This document shows, piece by piece, positions 27,070 through 34,442 of a DNA stretch of 64,000 bases (position 1 is its first letter; every line of letters starts with the position of its first letter). The notes under the pieces were generated by a model. That model had not been told where the DNA came from and searched no databases. It saw nothing but the letters and a program-made list of their open reading frames with translations. The stretch comes from Patescibacteria group bacterium. GTDB lineage: Bacteria; Patescibacteriota; Patescibacteriia; Patescibacteriales; GWC2-42-12. Where the stretch lies: assembly GCA_041662965.1 (NCBI GenBank), contig JBAZRI010000001.1, forward strand, positions 99,680 through 163,679, written 5' to 3'. Both the position numbers and the translations under genes were made by a program.

Positions 27070-28887
27070 ATGGATAATATACGCAATTTTTGCATCATCG
27101 CCCATATTGACCACGGCAAATCAACCATGGCTGACCGCATGCTGGAAATTACCGGCACGATTGAAAAAAGAAAAATGAGAGATCAGGTATTGGATCGCAT
27201 GGATCTAGAAAGAGAAAGAGGCATCACGATTAAGCTGCAGCCGGTAAAAATGGATTACCAGGGATATGCTTTGAATTTAATTGATACGCCCGGGCATGTT
27301 GATTTTACTTATGAAGTTTCGCGCAGTTTGGCGGCGGTTGAAGGCGCGGTGCTGCTCGTGGACGCGTCGCAGGGCATCCAAGCGCAAACTTTGGCGAATT
27401 TGTATCTGGCCTTGGAGCAAAATTTAACCATAATCCCGGTAATCAATAAAATTGATTTGTCGGCCGCCAATGTAGAGAAAACCAAAAAAGAAATCATTCA
27501 GCTTTTAGGCTGTTCAGCCGAGGAAATTATTCTGGCTTCAGGCAAAACCGGCCAGGGCATAGAAGAAGTTTTAAAAGCGGTTATAGAGCATGTGCCGGCG
27601 CCCTCCTACGCTGAAGCTTCGGAGGGCAAGCCGATTATTGTGGCGGCTGAAAATGCACCTCTTAGGGCCCTGATTTTTGATTCAACTTATGATGAATATC
27701 GCGGCGTGGTGGCTTATATCAGAGTTTTTGACGGCCGGATTGAAAAGGGCGATAAAATAATGCTCTTGGCCACCAAAGCTAAGAGCGAAGCGTTGGACGT
27801 GGGGATTTTCAAGCCCGAATATAAATCTACCGGAGAATTAAAAACCGGCGAGATCGGCTATATCGTGACCGGCTTTAAAGATGTCGGCGAGTGCCGCGTC
27901 GGCGATACGGTCGCTTGGCTGAAATCGGAGAATAAAATTAATCCGCTTAAGGGCTATGATGAAGTAAAGCCCATGGTGTTCGCCGGAGTTTTTCCGCGCG
28001 AAGGCAATGAATTTGACGAGTTGAGGGAAGCGATTTCCAAATTAAAATTAAATGACGCGGCCCTGATTTACGAGCCGGAGCATTCCGAGGCTTTAGGCTT
28101 TGGCTTTAGGTGCGGTTTTTTAGGACTCTTGCATCTGGAAATTTTTCAAGAGCGCTTAAGCCGGGAATATAATTTAAATTTAACGGTTACCATTCCCAGC
28201 GTAGCTTACAAGGTTTATAAAAAAAATGGCGATAACGCGATTATCCGCAGCCCGCAAAAACTGCCCGACCCTTCGGCGATAGATAAAATTGAAGAGCCGT
28301 GGGTCAGTCTGGATATTATCGCGCCCAAAGAATATATCGGAGCGATTTTGAATTTAGTGCAAGAAAAACGCGGCGTTTATAAAAATACCGAATATATTGA
28401 CGAGAGCCGGGTGATTTTGCATTACGAAATTCCCATGGCGGCGATCTTAACGGATTTTTATGACAAGATTAAAAGCGCCAGCTCCGGCTATGCTTCCATA
28501 AATTATGAATTTAAAGGCTATCAGCCGGCCGATGTGGTTAAAATGGATATTTTAGTGGCCGAAGACGCGGTTGAGGCTTTAGCCATGATAGTTTATCGCG
28601 ACGATGCTTTTAAGCGGGGGAAAGACGTGGTTAATACTTTAAAAGAAACTTTGCCCAAACAAATGTTCGCTATTAAATTGCAGGCGGCGGTCGGCGGGAA
28701 AATTATCGCGGCCGAAAGGATTTCCGCCATGCGCAAAGACGTAACGGCTAAATTATACGGCGGCGATGTTTCGCGCAAAAGAAAATTATTGGAAAAGCAG
28801 AAAAAAGGCAAAAAGAAGATGGAAGCTCACGGCAAAGGCAAGGTGGAAATTCCCAGCGATACTTTTGTAAAATTGTTAAAAAGGTAA
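27070..28887 (+). CDS. lepA: Translation elongation factor 4 (LepA)
   Basis: IRNFCIIAHIDHGKSTMADR, DTPGHVDF, NKIDL and the LepA C-terminal domain. It contains a short in-frame palindromic insert (see findings). Confidence 0.95.
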   Translation: MDNIRNFCIIAHIDHGKSTMADRMLEITGTIEKRKMRDQVLDRMDLERERGITIKLQPVKMDYQGYALNLIDTPGHVDFTYEVSRSLAAVEGAVLLVDASQGIQAQTLANLYLALEQNLTIIPVINKIDLSAANVEKTKKEIIQLLGCSAEEIILASGKTGQGIEEVLKAVIEHVPAPSYAEASEGKPIIVAAENAPLRALIFDSTYDEYRGVVAYIRVFDGRIEKGDKIMLLATKAKSEALDVGIFKPEYKSTGELKTGEIGYIVTGFKDVGECRVGDTVAWLKSENKINPLKGYDEVKPMVFAGVFPREGNEFDELREAISKLKLNDAALIYEPEHSEALGFGFRCGFLGLLHLEIFQERLSREYNLNLTVTIPSVAYKVYKKNGDNAIIRSPQKLPDPSAIDKIEEPWVSLDIIAPKEYIGAILNLVQEKRGVYKNTEYIDESRVILHYEIPMAAILTDFYDKIKSASSGYASINYEFKGYQPADVVKMDILVAEDAVEALAMIVYRDDAFKRGKDVVNTLKETLPKQMFAIKLQAAVGGKIIAAERISAMRKDVTAKLYGGDVSRKRKLLEKQKKGKKKMEAHGKGKVEIPSDTFVKLLKR

Positions 28888-28898
28888 AACAACTAATC

Positions 28899-29026
28899 TG
28901 TCATTGCGAGCTTCTCTTAAGAAGCGAAGCAATCTCACGAAGATTAATGATTATTTTAAATAGCCACTTTAATTTAAATGTGTCATAAGTGAGATTGCTT
29001 CGTCGCGAATGCTCCTCGCAATGACA
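28899..29026. repeat. Inverted pair of family A repeats flanking ~50 bp (MITE-like)
   Basis: tgtcattgcgagcttctcttaagaagcgaagcaatctcac (28899-28938) and gtgagattgcttcgtcgcgaatgctcctcgcaatgaca (28989-29026). Confidence 0.8.
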
Positions 29027-29034
29027 ATAATATT

Positions 29035-29130
29035 ATGAAAAAAAAACCTTTCCAAAGAATAATCTGGACGATTATCAGCATCATGGTAATTTTTTCCATG
29101 CTGGCCTGGACCGTGGGCGTGTTTTTTTAA
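29035..29130 (+). CDS. Possible 31-aa single-TM peptide (not in the ORF track)
   Basis: MKKKPFQRIIWTIISIMVIFSMLAWTVGVFF has a basic N-terminus plus one clean TM. It lies between two repeat elements. There is no comparative support. Confidence 0.3.
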   Translation: MKKKPFQRIIWTIISIMVIFSMLAWTVGVFF

Positions 29131-29143
29131 TTTTGTTGAAATT

Positions 29144-29290
29144 AGGTTATTTGGAAAATTATTTTTATCGCGCATACGAAAATGTAGCAGTTTTTACGAA
29201 AATTATCACCTGAAAAATATACTGAAAAATAATTTTCGTAAAAACGCACAATTTTCGCCTAAGCAGGAAAAATAATTTTCCAAATAACCT
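29144..29290. repeat. Family E long hairpin, copy a (23-bp perfect outer stem plus inner stem)
   Basis: The outer arms are aggttatttggaaaattattttt (29144-29166) and aaaaataattttccaaataacct (29268-29290). The inner arms are cgaaaatgtagcagtttttacgaaaattat and ataattttcgtaaaaacgcacaattttcg. Confidence 0.8.
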
Positions 29291-29302
29291 TAGCATTTAA
29301 AT

Positions 29303-31105
29303 ATGTCTAGCAGATGGGAGCTTAAACCTGTTATAGATAATGATTTTATCAAAAAAAATCCTGAATATAATAAAATTATACTTCAGCTGCTTTTTAATAG
29401 GCGGTTAACCGATAAGCCGGAGATTGAATCATTTTTTCAGCCTGATAAAATCGGCTTGTCCGATCCGTTTTTGTTTAAGGATATGGAAGCGGCCGCGGCT
29501 TTAGCCATTAAGCATATTAAAGAGCAAAATTTAATAGTAGTTTACGGCGATTATGACGCTGACGGCGTAACAGCTACGGCCGCCTTAATTGAAATTTTAA
29601 ATATTTTTAAAGCGCGCGCCGGCGTTTATATCCCGGGCCGGGCCTCGGAAGGCTACGGCTTAAATAAGAAAGCGATTGACCAATTAATTAAAATCGGAGC
29701 TAAATTGATAATTACGGTGGATAACGGCATCCGCAATAAAGAAGAAGCCGCTTATGCTGAAAGTTTAGGCTTGGATATTATTATTACCGATCATCATGAG
29801 CCGCCGCCGGATAAAAATGATTGGCCTGATTGCCTGATCATTAATCCCAAGGCCGAAGATTACGCTTATAAAGATTTGGCCGGGGTGGGCGTGGCCTTTA
29901 AATTCATTCAAGGCTTAATTAAACTTTCCAAACTGGACGAACAATTAAAAAACAAATTGGCGGAAAAAGTTTTGGATTTGGTGGCTATCGGCACGGTGGC
30001 CGATATGGTAAGCCTGCTCGGCGAAAACAGGACGCTGGTCAGCCGAGGTCTAGAAATAATTAACCGGCGGAAACGGCTTGGCATAGACGAATTGATAAAA
30101 ATAGCGCAAACCAACGGCTATGGAAATAAAAAAATAAATTCATTCCATATCGGCTGGCAAATTTCCCCGAGGTTAAATTCGGCCGGCCGCTTAGACCATG
30201 CCAACACGGCTTATGAGCTTTTAATCACTAAAGATAAAGACGAGGCGCTGGCCATCGCTAAAAAGCTGAACATAAAAAACGGCGACCGGCAGAAAATAAC
30301 CGAAAATATAACCGCTTATTGCCGGGAGATTATTGAAGAAAAAATGTCCGGCGATAAAATTTTAATAGTCTGTTCGCCGAATATTGCCGATGCTTCGGCC
30401 GAGAGTTGGCCGGAAGGCGTAGTCGGGCTGGTAGCCGGACGCTTATGCGACGAGTATGCCAGGCCGGTTTTAGCAATTACTAAAATAAAAAATGAGATAA
30501 AGGGTTCGGGCCGAAGCATTGATGAATTTAATATTATGGAAGCGATTGAAGAGTCCGGCCGGTATTTGGAAAAATTCGGCGGCCACGCGGCGGCTTGCGG
30601 CTTTACCTTGAAAAATGAGGAAGTTTTGGAAGAATTTGCCGAAGAAATGAAAAAAATTGCCGGTAAAGCCTTGGCTAAAGTTGAATTGGTTTCTAAGATT
30701 TTGATTGAAGCGGAAATTAATTTGCCGGATATCAACGACGAGTTGTTGGAAGCTTTGGAAAAATTTGAACCGTTCGGCGAAGATAATGATAAGCCGAAAT
30801 TTTTAAGCAAAGGCCTGGAAATAGCCGATAAAATTAATATGGGAGCTAACGCCCAGCATATTAAATTCAGGTTTGGCTCAATCTGGGCCGTGGCTTTTTC
30901 CCAGGCGGAAAATTTAAAAGATTTAAAAATCGGCGATAAGGTTGACGCGGTTTATTATTTGGAATTTAATGAATTTAACGGCCGGCGGACGGCGCAGATG
31001 AAAATCGTGGATATTAGAAATGTTAGCTGTCATTGCGAGGAGCCGATAGGCGACGAAGCAATCTCACAAACAACTCGGCTGAAAAAAATTGTTTTTCCTG
31101 CTTAG
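29303..31105 (+). CDS. recJ: Single-stranded-DNA-specific exonuclease RecJ
   Basis: DHH motifs VYGDYDADGVTA and ITDHHEPP, and DHHA1 GGHAAACGF. The last ~25 codons (CHCEEPIGDEAISQ...) are contributed by a repeat element. Confidence 0.9.
   Translation: MSSRWELKPVIDNDFIKKNPEYNKIILQLLFNRRLTDKPEIESFFQPDKIGLSDPFLFKDMEAAAALAIKHIKEQNLIVVYGDYDADGVTATAALIEILNIFKARAGVYIPGRASEGYGLNKKAIDQLIKIGAKLIITVDNGIRNKEEAAYAESLGLDIIITDHHEPPPDKNDWPDCLIINPKAEDYAYKDLAGVGVAFKFIQGLIKLSKLDEQLKNKLAEKVLDLVAIGTVADMVSLLGENRTLVSRGLEIINRRKRLGIDELIKIAQTNGYGNKKINSFHIGWQISPRLNSAGRLDHANTAYELLITKDKDEALAIAKKLNIKNGDRQKITENITAYCREIIEEKMSGDKILIVCSPNIADASAESWPEGVVGLVAGRLCDEYARPVLAITKIKNEIKGSGRSIDEFNIMEAIEESGRYLEKFGGHAAACGFTLKNEEVLEEFAEEMKKIAGKALAKVELVSKILIEAEINLPDINDELLEALEKFEPFGEDNDKPKFLSKGLEIADKINMGANAQHIKFRFGSIWAVAFSQAENLKDLKIGDKVDAVYYLEFNEFNGRRTAQMKIVDIRNVSCHCEEPIGDEAISQTTRLKKIVFPA
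31028..31067. repeat. Family A repeat forming the 3' end of the recJ ORF
   Basis: tgtcattgcgaggagccgataggcgacgaagcaatctcac is translated as CHCEEPIGDEAIS. Confidence 0.8.
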
Positions 31106-31189
31106 ATGAAATTTGTGCGTTTTTGCAAAAATTATTTTATTTTAATATTTTGTAGTTATAATTTTTGCAAAAAATCGCTACAATTTCAT
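31106..31189. repeat. Family E hairpin, copy b (inverted relative to copy a)
   Basis: atgaaatttgtgcgtttttgcaaaaattat / ataatttttgcaaaaaatcgctacaatttcat shows the same tgtgcg versus gtagc(g)a asymmetric bubble as the inner stem of copy a. Confidence 0.7.
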
Positions 31190-31235
31190 ATGCGCGATCA
31201 AAACAATTTTTTTCAGCCCGGGAGATCATATTTAT

Positions 31236-31649
31236 ATGCAATACAATAAACTGACAATCTATACCGACGGCGGCGCGCGCGGCAATCCTGGTCCGGCCGG
31301 CATCGGCGCGGTTATTCTGGATGAAAAAGGGGATGCGGCGGCTGAAATTTCCGAATATATCGGCGAGGCTACTAATAATCAGGCCGAGTATAAAGCATTG
31401 GTTGCCGGGCTAGCTAAGGCTAAAGAATTGGGCGCTTTAGAATTGGAAGTTTTTTTGGATTCTGAATTAGTGGTAAAGCAATTAAATCGGGAATACAGAG
31501 TTAAAGACAAGCAGCTTGCGCCTTTGTTCGTCCAGGCGTATAATATTTCTTTAGGATTTAAAAAAATTGTTTTTAAGCATATCAGGCGGGAGAAAAATGA
31601 GCTGGCCGATAAGTTGGTTAATCAAGCTTTAGATAAGGCGGGAAAATAA
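31236..31649 (+). CDS. rnhA: Ribonuclease HI family protein
   Basis: IYTDGGARGNPGPAGIGAVI, TNNQAEYKALVAGL, FLDSELVVKQL and a C-terminal NELADKL. Confidence 0.85.
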   Translation: MQYNKLTIYTDGGARGNPGPAGIGAVILDEKGDAAAEISEYIGEATNNQAEYKALVAGLAKAKELGALELEVFLDSELVVKQLNREYRVKDKQLAPLFVQAYNISLGFKKIVFKHIRREKNELADKLVNQALDKAGK

Positions 31650-31654
31650 ATTAG

Positions 31655-31728
31655 GGACAATTAGCTCAGCTGGTTAGAGCGTTCCGTTCACATCGGAAAG
31701 GTCAGAGGTTCAAATCCTCTATTGTCCA
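31655..31728 (+). tRNA. tRNA-Val (anticodon CAC)
   Basis: Manually folded: acceptor GGACAAT/ATTGTCC, D-stem GCTC/GAGC, anticodon stem TTCCG/CGGAA with loop TTCACAT, T-arm AGAGG-TTCAAAT-CCTCT, discriminator A. CCA is not encoded. Confidence 0.9.
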
Positions 31729-31775
31729 CTGTCACTTAAAATTAAATAAAAATTTTAATTAAGGAGGGTGTGTCG

Positions 31776-32081
31776 ATGAAAAAAGAAGTTAGTATTGAAA
31801 AATTGGTTAAAGATGCTCGCCGTGTTTTGGAAACCCCTTTTTGGATGCCGGAACTTTCATCAGGTGAATCATATGAAAGATTGCATGATGACCATGATGG
31901 AACTGGTGAAGGCGTACTGAATGTAACTTTTCTGCCAGACGGTGATGCTACGATTAGTATAGATATCCGTACGCCCTTGAGATTTCGTAATTGGCTAGGA
32001 GGAGGAATGAGTCTGCGAGTTAGAAACGCACTAATGCTGTTGGCTTGGGCTATCAAGCTTGATAATCAGATGCGATTATGA
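31776..32081 (+). CDS. Hypothetical protein with strong Shine-Dalgarno, immediately downstream of tRNA-Val
   Basis: AAGGAGG at 31761-31767, 8 nt before ATG 31776. 101 aa with no recognisable family. Followed by a GC-stem terminator. Confidence 0.55.
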   Translation: MKKEVSIEKLVKDARRVLETPFWMPELSSGESYERLHDDHDGTGEGVLNVTFLPDGDATISIDIRTPLRFRNWLGGGMSLRVRNALMLLAWAIKLDNQMRL

Positions 32082-32115
32082 CCGTTGTCAGTTGAAAATT
32101 AAAAGATAACTTTAT

Positions 32116-32148
32116 GGCTACGACTAAATTACTCGTAGCCTATTTTTT
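32116..32148 (+). terminator. Intrinsic terminator
   Basis: Stem ggctacga / tcgtagcc, then tattttttaa. Confidence 0.7.
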
Positions 32149-32220
32149 AAAATTAAATTTTTCGTTTGACTTTTTCTTTATTTAATGTTAATATCTTAGT
32201 GTAATTTGTTCATTATATTT

Positions 32221-32680
32221 CGCTAATATCAAGGTAAGCGGATGATTACTCCGACGTTTATCGGAGAGGAAAGTCCGGACTCCAAAAGTGTTTTTACACT
32301 GGAAAAGGGCAGTGGATAACGTCCACCAAGAGTAATCTTAGGGAAAGTGCCACAGAGACAATACTAGTCCGCCTTTTCGGCGGACGAAAGGTGAAAAGTT
32401 TTCCGGTGTTTGCGTTATTTAGGATATCCGATTAACTCAAACTACGGGATTCGTCCTCCGGTGACGGAGAGACGTGGTAAACCCTGCCTGGAGCAAGAGC
32501 AAATCCACCTTCGCCGCACTATGCGCGGCTACGGAGGACAAGCCCTCGAAAGAGAAGCTTGTTCCACGAAGCTTCAGCGAAGTGGAAAAAAGTAGCTCGC
32601 TTGACTCTGGCGGCAACGCCAGGGCTAGATAGATGATCATTTAAACAGAATCCGGCTTATAGCTTGCCTTGATATTAGCG
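32221..32680 (+). ncRNA. rnpB: RNase P RNA, bacterial type A
   Basis: The P1 stem pairs cgctaatatcaaggtaagc (32221-) with gcttgccttgatattagcg (-32680). P4 strands are GAGGAAAGTCCGGACTCC and ACAGAATCCGGCTTAT. GGTAAACCCTGCCTGGAGCAAGAGCAAAT and GGCTAGATAGATGATCA match conserved E. coli M1 RNA blocks. Confidence 0.9.
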
Positions 32681-32734
32681 GAATATAAAATTTGCAAAAT
32701 TTATCTCGTAACGCATAACAAAAAAATATCAGTT

Positions 32735-34174
32735 ATGCGTTATTCGTTATTTATGAAACAAAGTGAATTATTTTTTTCATTTTTGCTCGTGCCGCTGGAT
32801 TTTTTAATGATTATTTTAGCCGGCATCTCGGCTTATTATTTGCGTTTTGCCAGCCTGGCCACGGAAATCAGGCCGGTGATTTTCAGTTTGCCGTTCGGCG
32901 ATTATTTCCAAATTTTATTGTTAATCGCTTTCGCCTGGCTGATTATTTTCGCTCTAGCCGGTTTATACAGCATAAAAGCCTCGCGCCGTTTAACCGCCGA
33001 AGTTTATCGGGTGATTTTAGCTTGTTCAACCGGGTTGATGCTGATAGTAATTATGATTTTCGCTTTTAGGGAGCTTTTTTCTTCCCGCTTCATAGTTTTA
33101 GCCGGCTGGCTGTTAGCCATAGTTTATATCAGCTTTGCCAGAATTATTATCAGATTGGTCCAAAGAATTTTATTAAGATACGGCATCGGCGTGCATAAAA
33201 TCGTTTTGGTTGGCGATAGCAATACCGCCGACGCCTTAATCCATGAATTTTCCGGCCGAAAAAATTCAGGCTATGAAGTTGTAAAGCGCTTGAAAAATTT
33301 CAGCCTGGAAGCGGGGGAGGATTTAGCCGAATTTTTAAAAGCCGGCGAAGTTGATGAAATCATACAGAGCGACCCGAATTTAAGCAAAGCCGAGGCCATC
33401 CGGCTATTTGACTTTGCCGATGAAAATCATATTATTTTTAAATATGCCGCCGATTTGCTTGGCGCTAAAGTATTAAAGACCGAAGTTTCGGAAATCGCCG
33501 GCATACCGGTAGTGGAAGTTAAAAAAACGCCCCTAGAGGGCTGGGGCAGAATTATAAAAAGAATTTTTGATATTATTTTATCTTTGTTGTTTATAGTAAT
33601 TTTCAGCCCGGTTTTTATTATTACCGCCGTTATAATCAAGCTTGATTCCCGCGGACCGGTTATTTATAAAAATGAGCGAGTTATAAAAAACGGCACTTTT
33701 AAATTATTTAAATTTAGGTCAATGATCTATCATTATTGCGTGGGCGAAGATTACGGCAACGACCAGGCTCTGGAGCTGGAAAAAAAATTAATTGAAGAAA
33801 AAAGCATTAAAACCGGCCCGGTTTATAAAATCGCCGATGATCCGCGCCTGACCGGCGCCGGTAAATTTATCAGGCGCTGGAGCATTGATGAACTGCCGCA
33901 ATTTTTTAATGTTTTGCGCGGCGACATGAGCTTAGTCGGACCGCGGCCGCATCAGCCCAGAGAAGTGGCTAAATACGAGCGCCACCATAAAAAAGTTTTA
34001 TCAATCAAGCCGGGCATCACCGGCCTGGCGCAGATTTCCGGCCGAAGCGACTTAAGCTTTGAAGACGAGGTTAAACTGGATATTTATTATATTGAAAATT
34101 GGTCTTTGTTATTTGATATCGCCATTATGTTAAGAACACCGTTAGCGGTTATAAGGGGCAGGAAAGTTGAATAA
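32735..34174 (+). CDS. Polyprenyl-phosphate sugar phosphotransferase (bacterial sugar transferase / WbaP-like)
   Basis: N-terminal TMs, then RIFDIILSLLFIVIFSPVFIITAVIIKLDSRGPVIY, FKFRSM, DELPQFFNVLRGDMSLVGPRP and KPGITGLAQISGR. The track start at 32669 overlaps the 3' end of rnpB, so ATG 32735 or 32753 is more likely. Confidence 0.85.
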   Translation: MRYSLFMKQSELFFSFLLVPLDFLMIILAGISAYYLRFASLATEIRPVIFSLPFGDYFQILLLIAFAWLIIFALAGLYSIKASRRLTAEVYRVILACSTGLMLIVIMIFAFRELFSSRFIVLAGWLLAIVYISFARIIIRLVQRILLRYGIGVHKIVLVGDSNTADALIHEFSGRKNSGYEVVKRLKNFSLEAGEDLAEFLKAGEVDEIIQSDPNLSKAEAIRLFDFADENHIIFKYAADLLGAKVLKTEVSEIAGIPVVEVKKTPLEGWGRIIKRIFDIILSLLFIVIFSPVFIITAVIIKLDSRGPVIYKNERVIKNGTFKLFKFRSMIYHYCVGEDYGNDQALELEKKLIEEKSIKTGPVYKIADDPRLTGAGKFIRRWSIDELPQFFNVLRGDMSLVGPRPHQPREVAKYERHHKKVLSIKPGITGLAQISGRSDLSFEDEVKLDIYYIENWSLLFDIAIMLRTPLAVIRGRKVE

Positions 34175-34198
34175 ACCATCAGAAAAAAGGAGGCAAAA

Positions 34199-34357
34199 AT
34201 GGCAGAAAAATGTAAATGTGGGCACGTACATTGTTGCCATGTACCGGTTATTGTAGAAATGGACATTGAAGATCGTTATGGCCGAAAAATTGGCAGAAGA
34301 ATGAAGCGCAGGCAGTGCTCTAAGTGTAGCGGGTGGCTGGGCGATGAGCCTATCTAA
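34199..34357 (+). CDS. 52-aa Cys/His-rich (zinc-ribbon-like) small protein, not in the ORF track
   Basis: AGGAGG 6 nt upstream of the ATG. MAEKCKCGHVHCCHVPVIVEMDIEDRYGRKIGRRMKRRQCSKCSGWLGDEPI contains CxC-H-H-CCH and CxxC. It has its own GC-stem terminator. Confidence 0.5.
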   Translation: MAEKCKCGHVHCCHVPVIVEMDIEDRYGRKIGRRMKRRQCSKCSGWLGDEPI

Positions 34358-34389
34358 GTAAGAAAAATTCTGACGCTATATGCGGAGGA

Positions 34390-34426
34390 GGGGCTGAAAC
34401 GACTATATTCAGCCCCAAATTTTTTA
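34390..34426 (+). terminator. Intrinsic terminator
   Basis: Stem ggggctgaa / ttcagcccc, then aaatttttt. Confidence 0.65.
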
Positions 34427-34442
34427 AATTAATTTTTTACAT

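Noticed and set aside
32410-32640. ORFs 32410-32595(+) and 32437-32640(-).
   Set aside because: Both lie inside the RNase P RNA, whose conserved P4 and other blocks flank them. They are not coding.
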